64,000 bases of DNA from an uncultured virus (IMG/VR IMGVR_UViG_3300047673_000475) (IMGVR_UViG_3300047673_000475); one strand, 5' to 3'. Counted from the stretch's first letter, positions 29,135 through 39,951 are shown. The notes: generated by a model not told the origin, from the sequence alone. Translations and numbers: made by a program.

Positions 29135-30763
29135 ATGCCGCAAAAATCCGACGTGCCATTTAACGTGAGTATCCTTGAACTCACGGAGAAAAAGCTCGTG
29201 GGGGTGAAGCCTGTTACGAAACAGGACATCTTCGATGGCGCGACCCACAACTTCGATGAAGGCGGACTCTTCTCGGTGAGCATCTTCGGCAAAGTCGGGG
29301 ATGAGCGCCGGAGTCAGCGCTTTTCATTTGTCGACATCAAGGCCCCGGTGTTCCATCCGGTGATCTATCGGGCACTCGCCCAGCTCAAGCGTCTCTATGC
29401 CGCGATCATGGCGGGCACCGAGTACGCCGTGTGGAATCCCGAAACCAAAGACTTTGAGCGCAGCAATTCGATTACCGGCCGTACCGGCTACGCGTTCTTT
29501 CTGGAATACTGGAAGCTGATCGAATTCGGTGACACCAAGAGTGTGACACGGGAAATGAATGTGTCGCTCTTGAAGAAGTTCCAGAGCGTGGCGCTGACGA
29601 GCAAAGTGATCGTGATGCCTGCGGGGATGCGGGACGTGGAGCTTGACGGTGGTCGGGTGCAGATGGATGAGATCAACACCTTTTACCGCAAACTGCTGGC
29701 GATCTCCAACACCATCTCCGAAGCGTCGGTCAAGACCGCGCCGGAAGTCATCAACACCGCACGCTACAACTTGCAGCTCACCTTTAACCAGCTGTACGAC
29801 ATGCTGGAAAACATGGTGCAGGGCAAGAAGAAGCTGCTGATGGGTAAGTGGGCGTCACGGCGGATTCAGGACGGCACGCGAAACGTGATTACCGCGATGG
29901 ATACCTCCAGTCCCTATCTGGGAGCACCCGATGCGGTGGGCTTTAATAACACCGTGATCGGCCTGTACCAGATGCTGAAAGCGGCACGCCCGATTGCGAT
30001 GTACAACATTCGCAATGGCTTTCTCTCCAAGGTGTTCTTTGAAGTAGGTCGGCCCGTTAAGCTGATTGACAAGAAGACGCTGCGCCCGGTTGAAGTCACG
30101 CTTAAGACGCAAAGCTACGATCGCTGGATGACCAACGAAGGCATCGAGAAGGTGATCACGTCCTTTGGTGACGAAGACCTGCGCCATAAACCGTTGGAGA
30201 TTGAAGGGTATTACCTGGGTCTGATTTACAAGGGCCCGGACGGGACCTACAAGATCTTCCAGGACATCGGCGATGTGCCGATTGATCGCAGTCGCAAGGA
30301 TGTGACGCCACTCACCTTCTGTGAGTTGCTGTATCTGTCGACCTTCCAGGCGATTAATGGCTTGCCGCTCTTTGTGACGCGCTACCCGGTGACAGGGGTA
30401 GGCTCGATCTATCCGTCGCTCGCCTATGTGAAGACGACGATTAAGGCTGAGGTCCGCAAGGAGCTCGACGAGCAATGGCATCTGCGTCTGGATGCGCCCG
30501 TGGCGTATCAGTTCCCGATTGCAGGCGGGGCCTTTATCAACTCGCTGGTGCCGCACTCGGCCAAGCTCGGCAAACTGGGCGCTGACTTTGACGGCGATAC
30601 TGCTTCGGGTAACGTCACGTATTCGGACGAATCCATCGCGGAAGTCAAGGCACACCTGAGTAAGAAGCGCGCCTACGTGGGTACCGACGGCTCCTTCATG
30701 TCCAGTATCGAGGTCTCGACCGTGTCCTTGGTGTTCCACAATCTGACAGGTTACGATTCATGA
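29135..30763 (+). CDS. Virion RNA polymerase beta-prime subunit (phiKZ gp180-like)
   Basis: GLFSVSIFG, TRNVIT, TRYP and catalytic GADFDGD motifs. Confidence 0.95.
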   Translation: MPQKSDVPFNVSILELTEKKLVGVKPVTKQDIFDGATHNFDEGGLFSVSIFGKVGDERRSQRFSFVDIKAPVFHPVIYRALAQLKRLYAAIMAGTEYAVWNPETKDFERSNSITGRTGYAFFLEYWKLIEFGDTKSVTREMNVSLLKKFQSVALTSKVIVMPAGMRDVELDGGRVQMDEINTFYRKLLAISNTISEASVKTAPEVINTARYNLQLTFNQLYDMLENMVQGKKKLLMGKWASRRIQDGTRNVITAMDTSSPYLGAPDAVGFNNTVIGLYQMLKAARPIAMYNIRNGFLSKVFFEVGRPVKLIDKKTLRPVEVTLKTQSYDRWMTNEGIEKVITSFGDEDLRHKPLEIEGYYLGLIYKGPDGTYKIFQDIGDVPIDRSRKDVTPLTFCELLYLSTFQAINGLPLFVTRYPVTGVGSIYPSLAYVKTTIKAEVRKELDEQWHLRLDAPVAYQFPIAGGAFINSLVPHSAKLGKLGADFDGDTASGNVTYSDESIAEVKAHLSKKRAYVGTDGSFMSSIEVSTVSLVFHNLTGYDS

Positions 30764-33700
30764 TTTTCTACAACAACTTTTTTCGACGCTTTGGGGTGCG
30801 CACGGCTTCGCAGTTGACGAACCCGCCCATGCCCAAGCTCGATTTGCTGGAGTTGCCGCGCGAGTCGATCTTTCACTACGTGAGTGAAAGCGCGGTGGAC
30901 ATCGGGCCGCGCTCGGATGAATTCCTCTTCCGGCATGTGGCGCGTCCCATCCCGATCATGCACCAGATCGAGTTGCTCTCGGATAAGGGCATGCCGCGAC
31001 GCGTCGCGGTGCCGGTGGAAACGGAGATTCGCAAGTACCATCAGCATCATCGGCGCTTTCGTCGTCAGATCAACCTGAGCGCCGCGCTGCGGGATGTGAA
31101 TGTCCCGTTCGTGATGAACTACGGCTTCCTGGCAGGGCTCTACCGTTATCAGCGCTCAATGTTCGCGGAGTACAACCGCTGGTACAATATTGCGGCGACC
31201 GTCTGGAAGCGTATTGGTGATCTGGCCAAAGACTCGACCCGCCATCAGTTCATCGAAATCCGGCTGCCCAAGATTCTGCCCGGTTTGACGGATCTGCGCA
31301 TTGCTTCGGAGTCGTTGATTGAGGGGGACGTGCTGAGCGTCGCCACCGAAGGCATCAAGCTGGCGCTCGAGTCGGTCGATCAGGAGTATCTGGACCTGGT
31401 CCAAGCCTCGCCCCATTACGTCGATAGCATGGCGCTGGAAGCAATGAACCAGCGCACGCTCAAGGTGTTCCATACGCCCGAAGCATTGATGCTGCTCGAG
31501 CTGTGGAAGTGGGCAGGTGATGCGCGTCATAGCTCGCTGATTGCCAACGTCAATGATGAGCATCTGGATCGCGTGAATCTGATCTTCACGGAATCGGGTC
31601 GCTGGTTCGTGGTGAACCTGGGTGTGATCAATCGTTGGCGCGTGGCCACTGAGGAAGAGCTCGCGGCGAATCCGCAAGCGAATCAGAAGGGGCTCTCACC
31701 AGTGCAGATGCAGCGTCGCTTGCTGCGTATGTCGATGTCGCTCTTTCAAGTACGCACCGACGTGGGTCCGGAAGCCGAAGACGCCGCCCAAGACGAAGAG
31801 TCGATCCAGGCAGCGGACGCGCAAGATGCGAGTGCTGATGGAGTACCGGAAGCGCAACACTACGATCCCGATGAGCAGTTCGATGCGGGTAAGGGCGACG
31901 AGGAAGACGAGAGTCTCTTGCCGACCTTTAAGCAAACGGGGAGTCTGCCCAAGGTCGATCCGATTACGGGCGAAGCGATTCTGAAGCCGACCGCGGTCAA
32001 GACCACCACGGTCAAGACCACGCCGACCGATGAATTCACCCCCACGGAGAAGGCCGAGGACTTTGTCTTTGACCCGACTGAGGACGCGCAGATTGAAAAG
32101 GATCTGCAAGAGCTCGATAAGTTCAGTCGTCAAGCGGTCGCAGTGGGCTCGGGTGAGATTCCGCACCCGGCGGAAGTGGTCGAGCTGAACGACGTGCCGC
32201 AACCGGAAGACGGTGTGATTGCCTTGCTCAATCGCCTGGCGGACGATGGCATGGTGAGTGCAGCCGAGTATCGCCGCTTCACGCAACTGGCCCAATCCCC
32301 CAAGAACCTGCCCGCTCCCAAGGGTGAAGGGAATCTGCACGACTTCTCGCAAGTCCAGCCGCACGAAACCAAGATGGATAAGTCCCCTGCCATCAAGGAC
32401 ATTCCGACGGTGCTGGATAAGACGATGTTGAAATCGTCGTTGCTCGAATTCGATCAGCGCTACATCGAGACGCTGTTGGAAAAGGACGTGGCAGGTATGG
32501 TGCTGGCCTTGCAAAATGCTGGCATCTGCGTGACGTCCTACGAGCGTGAAGAGGTGGATGACGTGATGGGTTCGTACGTGATGTACCACGTACGGATTGT
32601 GCCGGTCCAGGGTACGGCTTCGACGCTGCACTTTAAGCTGCCGCTGTTGCAAGACGACGGCACCTACATGGCCAACGGCACGCGCTATCGCATCCGCAAG
32701 CAAAAGGGTGACATGCCGATCCGTAAGATCGCCCCGGACCGCGTGGCACTGACCTCCTACTACGGTAAGGTGTTTGTCTCGCGCAGCGAGAAGCGCGTGA
32801 ATGATCGCGCGCAATGGCTGCGTAATGCGATCATGGCCATGGGGTTGGATAACGAAAACACCACGGTGGTGAATCTGCATCCGGGTGACGTGTTCGACAA
32901 CCTCTTTGAAGCGCCGCGTCTGTATTCTTCGATGGCGATGGGTTTCCGCGGATTCACGGTCGATTCGGCGCACTTCCCGAAGAAGCTCAACTTCCTCTTT
33001 GATCACTCGAAGCGCGACAAGCTCTACGGGCCGGACGTGGTCAAGGCGCTCGAAGTGGACGGTCGTTTGGTGTGTGGTCAGGCCGAAGGGGGTGACTACA
33101 TCGTCATGGATCGTGAGGGGGACTTCTTCCTTGCGACGCTTAAAGACGGTGTCAGTCTTGTCACGGGGGATGCAGTCCCGCCTTTGGAAGAGTTGCTTGA
33201 TCTGGAGTCGAAGAAGGCGCCGGTCGAGTTTGCTGAACTGAAGGTGCTGGGTCGCACGATTCCGTTGGCCGTGGTGCTGGGCTACCAACTGGGCTTGGAA
33301 AAGCTCATGCGGGCGCTGAAAGTCACAGCGCGTCGAGTGAATGCCGGTCAGCGCCTGAACCTGCAAGATAACGAGTACGCGATTGCATTCTCGGACGAGA
33401 CGTTGATCTTCCCGCGCGATAACACCTTTGCGGCGATGATCCTCGGGGGCTTTAACGAGTTCCACCGTCAGATCCGTAACTACAGCGTGTTCGAGTTTGA
33501 TCGGCGCGGCGTCTATCTGAACATCCTCGAAGGCAACGGGCGTTCGGAGCGGTACCTGCGTGAGATCGATTTGATGTACCAGATGTTTATCGATCCGATC
33601 ACACGGGAAATCTTGCAGGGCATGAAAGAGCCGCTGACCTTCCAGGGTCTGCTGGTGCGCGCGGTGGAGATGCTGCTCTCGGATACTCACCCGGATGAGC

Positions 33701-35298
33701 TCGATCCGAAGTACATGCGGATCAAGGGCTACGAGCGTATGGCGGGTGCCGTGTATGCGGAACTGATTCGGGCGATCCGGATTCATAACGGGCGTCCGGG
33801 CAAGAACAAGCATCCGATCGATCTGAACCCGTACGCAGTCTGGACGGCCATTCAGACCGACCCGGCGAAGAACCAGGTGTCGGACATCAACCCGGTGGAA
33901 AACCTGAAGGACGTCGAAGCGGTGACCTTCTCGGGCACCGGCGGTCGAGGCAGTCGCTCGATGACTAAACGCACGCGTCAGTACCATCGCAACGACATGG
34001 GGACCATCTCCGAGTCGACGAAGGACAGCTCGGACGTGGCCATCAACACCTACCTGTCCGCGGACCCGCAGTTTAATTCGCTGCGCGGGACGTCTAATCC
34101 GTACGAGATCGGGGTGACAGGGGCGACGGCACTGCTCTCAACGGCAGCTCTCTTGTCGCCCGGCTCGGATCGCGACGATGCGAAGCGGGTGAACTTCGTG
34201 GGGATTCAACACTCTCACGGGATTGCCTGCGCGGGTTACACACAAGCATCGGTGCGCACCGGGTATGAACAGGTGCTGGCTCACCGGACCTCGGACCTCT
34301 ACGCTTACACGGCCAAGAAGGACGGCAAGGTAATCAGTGTCTCGGACACCGGCATGGTGATCGAGTATGCGGATGGCACGCGCAAGGGCATCGAGCTGGG
34401 GCGGCGTTATGGCAACGCAGCCGGTCTGACTGTCGCGCATGAAGTGGTGGCAGACGTGCAGGAAGGACAGACGTTTAAGGCAGGCGACCTCTTGTGTCAC
34501 AACACCGGCTTCTTCGAGCGTGATACGTTGAATCCGAATCAGGTGGTGTGGAAGGCCGGGACGATTGTCAAAACGGTTCTGTTGGAGTCGACCGATACCC
34601 TGGAAGACTCCTCGGCGATTAGCAAACGGGTGTCGGGTCTCTTGACCACGAAGACCACCAAGGTGCGTAAGATCGTGGTGAACTTCGATCAAGCCGTGCA
34701 TCGGTTGGTGAAAACCGGCCAGCGCGTGGGCAGCGAGGACATCTTATGCATAATCGAGGACGCGGTCACCGCGAACAATCACCTCTTTGATGAGGAGTCG
34801 CTGGACACCTTGCGCAATCTGTCTGCTCAGGTGCCGCTCTCCAAGACCAAGGGCGTGGTCGAGCGCATTGAAGTCTTCTATCATGGGGACAAAGAGGACA
34901 TGTCGGAGTCGCTGCGGCAACTGACGAACATGTCGGATCGTGAGATGGCGAAGCGCCATAAGTCCGCTGGACGAAAGGGCTTCACGGGAAGTACCGATGA
35001 GGGCTTCCGGGTCGACGGAGAACCACTGGCGTTGGATACGGTGGCGATTCAGATCTACATCACGGCTGATGTGAGCGCAGGGGTCGGCGACAAGGGTGTG
35101 TTTGCCAACCAGATGAAGACGGTGTTCGGTAAGGTGATGGAGAACGAACTGAAGACGGAGTCGGGCACAGTCATCGACTGCGTATTCGGTTACAAGAGTG
35201 TCTACGATCGTATTGTGAATAGCCCTGCGATTATCGGCACTACTACCACCCTGCTGGACGTGATTGCTAAACGAGCAGTCGCTGCCTACAAGAGCTAA
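30760..35298 (+). CDS. Virion RNA polymerase beta subunit (phiKZ gp178-like)
   Basis: ANGTRY, DDAKRVNF, EDSSAIS, GDKGVFANQMKTV; ATGA-coupled to beta-prime. Confidence 0.93.
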   Translation: MIFYNNFFRRFGVRTASQLTNPPMPKLDLLELPRESIFHYVSESAVDIGPRSDEFLFRHVARPIPIMHQIELLSDKGMPRRVAVPVETEIRKYHQHHRRFRRQINLSAALRDVNVPFVMNYGFLAGLYRYQRSMFAEYNRWYNIAATVWKRIGDLAKDSTRHQFIEIRLPKILPGLTDLRIASESLIEGDVLSVATEGIKLALESVDQEYLDLVQASPHYVDSMALEAMNQRTLKVFHTPEALMLLELWKWAGDARHSSLIANVNDEHLDRVNLIFTESGRWFVVNLGVINRWRVATEEELAANPQANQKGLSPVQMQRRLLRMSMSLFQVRTDVGPEAEDAAQDEESIQAADAQDASADGVPEAQHYDPDEQFDAGKGDEEDESLLPTFKQTGSLPKVDPITGEAILKPTAVKTTTVKTTPTDEFTPTEKAEDFVFDPTEDAQIEKDLQELDKFSRQAVAVGSGEIPHPAEVVELNDVPQPEDGVIALLNRLADDGMVSAAEYRRFTQLAQSPKNLPAPKGEGNLHDFSQVQPHETKMDKSPAIKDIPTVLDKTMLKSSLLEFDQRYIETLLEKDVAGMVLALQNAGICVTSYEREEVDDVMGSYVMYHVRIVPVQGTASTLHFKLPLLQDDGTYMANGTRYRIRKQKGDMPIRKIAPDRVALTSYYGKVFVSRSEKRVNDRAQWLRNAIMAMGLDNENTTVVNLHPGDVFDNLFEAPRLYSSMAMGFRGFTVDSAHFPKKLNFLFDHSKRDKLYGPDVVKALEVDGRLVCGQAEGGDYIVMDREGDFFLATLKDGVSLVTGDAVPPLEELLDLESKKAPVEFAELKVLGRTIPLAVVLGYQLGLEKLMRALKVTARRVNAGQRLNLQDNEYAIAFSDETLIFPRDNTFAAMILGGFNEFHRQIRNYSVFEFDRRGVYLNILEGNGRSERYLREIDLMYQMFIDPITREILQGMKEPLTFQGLLVRAVEMLLSDTHPDELDPKYMRIKGYERMAGAVYAELIRAIRIHNGRPGKNKHPIDLNPYAVWTAIQTDPAKNQVSDINPVENLKDVEAVTFSGTGGRGSRSMTKRTRQYHRNDMGTISESTKDSSDVAINTYLSADPQFNSLRGTSNPYEIGVTGATALLSTAALLSPGSDRDDAKRVNFVGIQHSHGIACAGYTQASVRTGYEQVLAHRTSDLYAYTAKKDGKVISVSDTGMVIEYADGTRKGIELGRRYGNAAGLTVAHEVVADVQEGQTFKAGDLLCHNTGFFERDTLNPNQVVWKAGTIVKTVLLESTDTLEDSSAISKRVSGLLTTKTTKVRKIVVNFDQAVHRLVKTGQRVGSEDILCIIEDAVTANNHLFDEESLDTLRNLSAQVPLSKTKGVVERIEVFYHGDKEDMSESLRQLTNMSDREMAKRHKSAGRKGFTGSTDEGFRVDGEPLALDTVAIQIYITADVSAGVGDKGVFANQMKTVFGKVMENELKTESGTVIDCVFGYKSVYDRIVNSPAIIGTTTTLLDVIAKRAVAAYKS

Positions 35299-35390
35299 CT
35301 GAGTGTGGTTGCCCTCATTGCGGTGAGGGTGACCTACTCGGCCTTTTTTCACGTCCTTTCAACGTTTACGTCTACTAGACAGGAAAAGCT

Positions 35391-35588
35391 ATGCAATTGC
35401 AAGATTCGCATCGGACCGTCGCGACACTCGGCAATGCCGCTGAGTTGGTTGCGGCTATCGTCCAGGGAGTCGTCGGTAACGACGTAGCGGACACCATCGA
35501 CGGGTCGCCCCTCACGCGCGGCACGATTTTCAATCTGGCTCAGCTCAAGTTCCAAGAGAGCGCGGGCAAAGTTCTGGGAGCCGACTAA
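35391..35588 (+). CDS. Small hypothetical protein
   Basis: AGGA SD; ends 1 nt before the next gene. Confidence 0.65.
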   Translation: MQLQDSHRTVATLGNAAELVAAIVQGVVGNDVADTIDGSPLTRGTIFNLAQLKFQESAGKVLGAD

Positions 35589-35589
35589 C

Positions 35590-37044
35590 ATGCTGAGCCT
35601 TCAAGCCCTCGAGAGCGCGCTGCCGTTGGCCGAGCGCTTCGACCAGCGCAAGCTGCTGGTGCTGCCGCGTGCGGACACCCCGCTGGAAATGCTGGTGAAC
35701 CGCACCCGCAGTCCCGAAACCGTCACGTCCTCGCACGATGGCGTAACGATCAAGGTCGACCTGCAACAACTCGCGGCGTCGGCGGCGATCAAAGATCCGG
35801 TCTTTGGGGATTCGGATCACGATAACATCTTCGACCAGATCGCCGAAGTCTGTATTCCGGCGGTGCAGTCGCACGTGAAGTTCGCCAAGGAAGTGGTGGC
35901 TCCGGCCGTCGACGATCTGGTCACGCGCGTGACCGACATTCTGTCGCAGCACACCCCGAGCCAGTTGCTCGGCATGGAAGTGCGGATCGACGAATTGCCC
36001 GCACCGCTCACGAATGCTGCATTCGATGCGATGGTGCGCAAGTTCGAAGAAACGCCGCTGGATTCCCCGGCGCTGAACTTCAACCTGCCGGATCAAACCG
36101 GCGCGGAAATCGTCGAACTGATGAAGACCGGTTCGGCTTCGCTTGATGCCGACATCGAACAGTTTGCCGCCACCCTGGGTGACGGTTGCCTGATCGACGT
36201 GTGGGCGAAAGCCTTCCAGCAACGTCAAGCCGACATCAACGACGCACGCGTGCATCGCTTCGTCGATCTGCTCAATTCGCCCGACTGTGGCGTGGACAAC
36301 GCACTCATCATCTTCTTGCTGGCGCGCAAGCTGATCGACAACCCGCTCGACGGGATCACGATGAGCCTGCAGCAGTACGAAACGCTGATGGCGGACTTCC
36401 GCGATCAAGCCGCGGCCTTCCTGTGCCGGGAACTGAATGCTTACGAGCAAGCCGAATCGGCAGGCGCGCTGGTGATCAGCCTGAGCAGCAACGAGATCGT
36501 CGTCAACCCGCAGCTCTACAAGCAGTACATCGAGAACGGTGGCGAGAACGAAGTGCTCTTCGGCAATCTGCTGCAATCGAACCCGTACGTGATGCTCGAG
36601 GACATCGAAGCGAACGCCGGGACGCTGAAGCGCGCGTGGGACAACCACGCAGCCTTGACCGCCACGGTCGAAGCGAACCGCAAGTTCGCCCGCACCAAGG
36701 AAGCGCTCTCGACGGTGTTTCGTCGTCAGCTGCGTGAGCTCGCCGATGAGGATCTCGCGAACCTCGACGTCGCGGCCACCACGGCCAAGTTCGATGAGCT
36801 GCTTGACGAAGTGGTCGAGTCGGATCTGGAATGCCTGTACACGCTGGGCCTGAAGCTCGTGTGCCGCGCGCGTTTCTCGAAGACCGAAGCCGAGCGTATC
36901 CTCGCTGGGATCGATCGCATCAAGAAGAAGAACCCGTCGCTCGAAGTACGTGAAGCGGCCGCTATCTCGGTGATCGAATACGTCGCCTGGTGGGTCGGCT
37001 CGCAGCTGCAAGTGGTCGACGCGGGTTTCAAGCAATCCATCTAA
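35590..37044 (+). CDS. Virion head protein (phiKZ gp177-like)
   Basis: Synteny between RNAP beta and protease; N-terminal ALE motif; strong codon bias. Confidence 0.7.
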   Translation: MLSLQALESALPLAERFDQRKLLVLPRADTPLEMLVNRTRSPETVTSSHDGVTIKVDLQQLAASAAIKDPVFGDSDHDNIFDQIAEVCIPAVQSHVKFAKEVVAPAVDDLVTRVTDILSQHTPSQLLGMEVRIDELPAPLTNAAFDAMVRKFEETPLDSPALNFNLPDQTGAEIVELMKTGSASLDADIEQFAATLGDGCLIDVWAKAFQQRQADINDARVHRFVDLLNSPDCGVDNALIIFLLARKLIDNPLDGITMSLQQYETLMADFRDQAAAFLCRELNAYEQAESAGALVISLSSNEIVVNPQLYKQYIENGGENEVLFGNLLQSNPYVMLEDIEANAGTLKRAWDNHAALTATVEANRKFARTKEALSTVFRRQLRELADEDLANLDVAATTAKFDELLDEVVESDLECLYTLGLKLVCRARFSKTEAERILAGIDRIKKKNPSLEVREAAAISVIEYVAWWVGSQLQVVDAGFKQSI

Positions 37045-37059
37045 GCGCGGGGGTAAGTC

Positions 37060-37785
37060 ATGGACGTGAGTAAACTCATTCGCGATCCCAAACGGGTCCA
37101 GGCTTACCTCGAAGAACTTCCAAACGGGAGCCTCGTGTGCAAGAAGCCGGTGAAGATCTATATTCCGGTGCGCTTCGCAGAACGGGGCCTCGCTCAGATC
37201 GGCATTGAAACCTACATTGTGGGCGTCTATGCGATTGTCGTAGAAGATGTGTACTATGGCGTCTCCATGGTGAACGCCATGTTGCCCATCGAACCGACGG
37301 CGACCCTGAAGATGCAAATCGACGGGGATGAGTATTACGAGTTCAGCTTCGATGCGGGTAGCGTCGTGGTCACAAGCACGGATCTGGTGAAGACCGACGT
37401 GTTGGTGTACAAAATCTACGACGAGATCATTTCGAAGGGCCGGGTACCTTGGTACTTGGGCTATCTGGAGCTCGGGAAAATCTTCGACACGGCGCTGTAT
37501 CACGCCGGAGCCAATATCGGGGCCAACCAGGAAGTCACGGAGCTGATCATTTCGATGATCTCGCGCTCGGAGAAGGATCGCAACCAGTACTACCGGACCA
37601 CGATCGAAGACCTCTCCCAGCTCATGGTCGTGAAGCCTGCGTTCATTCCGCTGCGCTCCGTGCAGTACGCAGCGACCAATACGACCAACAAGCTCGCCGG
37701 GTCGTACTTTGGAGATGCTCTGGTGTCTGCTCTCGTGAATCCGGCGGATCGCGTGGAGCGCATCGAGTCTCTCTTGCGAGCATAA
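37060..37785 (+). CDS. phiKZ gp176-like protein (proposed virion RNAP-associated subunit)
   Basis: GRVPWYLGY, KLAGSYF..ALVNP..IESLLR; immediately upstream of the protease. Confidence 0.7.
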   Translation: MDVSKLIRDPKRVQAYLEELPNGSLVCKKPVKIYIPVRFAERGLAQIGIETYIVGVYAIVVEDVYYGVSMVNAMLPIEPTATLKMQIDGDEYYEFSFDAGSVVVTSTDLVKTDVLVYKIYDEIISKGRVPWYLGYLELGKIFDTALYHAGANIGANQEVTELIISMISRSEKDRNQYYRTTIEDLSQLMVVKPAFIPLRSVQYAATNTTNKLAGSYFGDALVSALVNPADRVERIESLLRA

Positions 37786-37805
37786 GTCAACAAGTCGAGA
37801 ACACA

Positions 37806-38606
37806 ATGGGCAATCAAATTCGATTCGCGTGTACGGCACTCGCGGCATCGAACAAGAGCGGGGTGTTGAAGAAAGACGAGAACGGCTACTACGAACTGGT
37901 GGTCGGCGCGCTGAACGTCTTCAATTCAATTGGTCAGTACTACGTGTACGATCAAGCCCGTGATCTGTTCGAAGGCTCGAGCACCTTCATGCGACGCGTG
38001 AAGCGCGGCGTGCTGCGTGGTGAGCTGGGTCATCCCAAGCCACTGCCTGGCATGAGTGAAGAGCAGTTTGCACAACGCGTGATGTCGATCTATGAAGACA
38101 ACGTGTGCTGCCACCACAAGGAGATCTACCTGGATTTCGATCGGGTGAAGGATGACCACGGTAACCCCGTGATCGCCATCATCTCGCGCGTCTATCCGTC
38201 GGGTCCCCATGGCGAGCAGCTGCGGCGGAGTCTGGACAATCCGAACGAGAACGTCTGCTTCTCGATCCGGGCGTTCACCGATGACTTCATGGAACGCGGC
38301 ACCTGCAAGCGCATCTTGCGCACGATCGTCACCTGGGACCAAGTGTTGGAACCCGGACTGGCGGCCGCTGAGAAGTTCAAGGCACCGGCCCTGGAAGGAG
38401 CGCATGTGGGGGCGAGCGATCGCAACACGCATGACTTCGACCATCTGTTTAGCCGGGGTCAGATCGAGCGCGGCATCAAACGCAACTCGATGTACGGGGT
38501 AGCTCAGGAATCAGCTATCTTGACGGGGCAGGAATTATTTTCTGCCATGGGTTGGGACACGACCGAAACCGAAGGGGCGAAGAAGCCCGCCTTCTTGCAG
38601 TGGTGA
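37806..38606 (+). CDS. Prohead (head maturation) protease (phiKZ gp175-like)
   Basis: GELGHP (His), CFSIRA (Ser), VTWDQVLEPG (Asp). Confidence 0.92.
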   Translation: MGNQIRFACTALAASNKSGVLKKDENGYYELVVGALNVFNSIGQYYVYDQARDLFEGSSTFMRRVKRGVLRGELGHPKPLPGMSEEQFAQRVMSIYEDNVCCHHKEIYLDFDRVKDDHGNPVIAIISRVYPSGPHGEQLRRSLDNPNENVCFSIRAFTDDFMERGTCKRILRTIVTWDQVLEPGLAAAEKFKAPALEGAHVGASDRNTHDFDHLFSRGQIERGIKRNSMYGVAQESAILTGQELFSAMGWDTTETEGAKKPAFLQW

Positions 38607-38622
38607 TCCCACCGTAAGGCTG

Positions 38623-38651
38623 CCCCAGGGGAAACCCTGGGGTTTATGCCG
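38623..38651 (+). terminator. Hairpin plus TATGCCG
   Basis: CCCCAGGG-GAAA-CCCTGGGG-TT-TATGCCG. Confidence 0.75.
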
Positions 38652-38671
38652 CTAAACCGCATGATTCAAAG

Positions 38672-38700
38672 AAAACTCAACGATATATCACTAACCAGAG
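38672..38700 (+). promoter_or_regulatory. Putative early promoter
   Basis: AAAACTCAACGATATATCACTAACCAGAG, near-identical to the 16969 copy. Confidence 0.65.
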
Positions 38701-38802
38701 CAAAAACAGAAGCACTCAAATACGCGGATTATTTTACGCGCGTGACTCCTGCTATGCGATAACAGTATCGTCCCTAAACACGAGGAATTCTCTGCATCTA
38801 TC

Positions 38803-39288
38803 ATGGAAGATATTTCGAAAGTCATCCTGACCTTCAAAGACCAGCAGTACTCGCTGACCAAAGTCATGGCCAAAGCTGGCTCCGGTAGCATCGCTTCTGT
38901 CGAGGTAAAGGACATCAACTTCTCCGACGCAGCGCTTGCCATGATCGACCTCTCGCAAGACTGTCCGCAGTTCCATGGCGGCACGATCAGTTTCTTCAAG
39001 CTCGAAGGCAAGTTTATCGTCTTCGGCGGGCGCGATCACGTCAGTCGCGACCTGCAACAGGGTAAGACTCACATCTCCGGCCACATCCTTTCCAGTCCCG
39101 CGCTCAAAGCTGCGCGCATCGACACGCCGGTGGCAGCAGCTCCGGCGGCAGTGGAAGCATTGGCCGACAAGTTCAACTCGGTGCCCTCCAACCGCACTGA
39201 GGTGAGAACGCCGCGGAAGCCGTACGGGAGCCGCCCGACGATTTCTCGGCAGCCTTCCGGCGGCAACCAGTACGCTCGAAGCAAATAG
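38803..39288 (+). CDS. Hypothetical protein
   Basis: 161 aa ORF with good codon bias downstream of a promoter motif. Confidence 0.75.
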   Translation: MEDISKVILTFKDQQYSLTKVMAKAGSGSIASVEVKDINFSDAALAMIDLSQDCPQFHGGTISFFKLEGKFIVFGGRDHVSRDLQQGKTHISGHILSSPALKAARIDTPVAAAPAAVEALADKFNSVPSNRTEVRTPRKPYGSRPTISRQPSGGNQYARSK

Positions 39289-39361
39289 TGGTTCTTGAGC
39301 TCAAGGACTCCAGGTAGTAACTCTCTTTTCATCACCATTCTGATAAACAAGGAAACGTATC

Positions 39362-39847
39362 ATGACCACGACTGTTAAAGAATCCATCGTCTTCAAGCCG
39401 GAAACGCGTGAACTGGCCGACAAGATCAAGAAGCACATCCACATCGATCCGAAGACCGGCCTCGCCGATCCGGAAAAGCTGAAGGGCGTGTACGTCGAAC
39501 TGCTGCCCGAAGGCGTGAGCGCCGACACCGTGCTCGCGATCGACAACCACAACACGCGTTTCGCTGCCGCATCGTTCCTGGCACTCGGCGAAACCGGCGT
39601 CGACTTCTTCAAGAAGCACAAGAGCGTGAACGAAGTGACGGCCACGTTCCCGACGGTCGGCAAGTCGAAGTTCGAAGGCGTTTTCGAGCGTTCGTCGCAA
39701 GTGCGCGCACCGGGCCAAGAGCCGACCACCAAGTTCGGCACCGGCTCGCTGAAGCTCGACTTCTACGGCGGTTCGCAATCGCGTGGCGAATTCAAGAAGG
39801 TGCGTGATCACCTGACGGACATCGCCGCGTCGGCGCTGAGCGACTAA
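39362..39847 (+). CDS. Hypothetical protein, probably highly expressed
   Basis: AAGGA SD, extreme codon bias, followed by its own hairpin. Confidence 0.85.
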   Translation: MTTTVKESIVFKPETRELADKIKKHIHIDPKTGLADPEKLKGVYVELLPEGVSADTVLAIDNHNTRFAAASFLALGETGVDFFKKHKSVNEVTATFPTVGKSKFEGVFERSSQVRAPGQEPTTKFGTGSLKLDFYGGSQSRGEFKKVRDHLTDIAASALSD

Positions 39848-39888
39848 GCCAGCTCCGCATCCGTTTACGGGGGCAGTTGCTGAGGAAT

Positions 39889-39916
39889 ACTCCCAGGGGT
39901 TTCGGCCTCTGGGAGT
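39889..39916 (+). terminator. Hairpin terminator
   Basis: ACTCCCAGGGG-TTTCGG-CCTCTGGGAGT followed by T-rich sequence. Confidence 0.65.
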
Positions 39917-39951
39917 TTGTGACATCTTATTTTTTTGTTGTTGCAGGGACC

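Noticed and set aside
29135..35298. Inteins or introns in the RNAP subunits (also checked for terminase and UvsX)
   Set aside because: ORFs are continuous and no C...HN-C/S/T splice motifs or LAGLIDADG blocks were seen.
37449..37805. N-terminal extension of the prohead protease
   Set aside because: Out-of-frame overlap with the upstream gene; protease-like sequence begins at ATG 37806.
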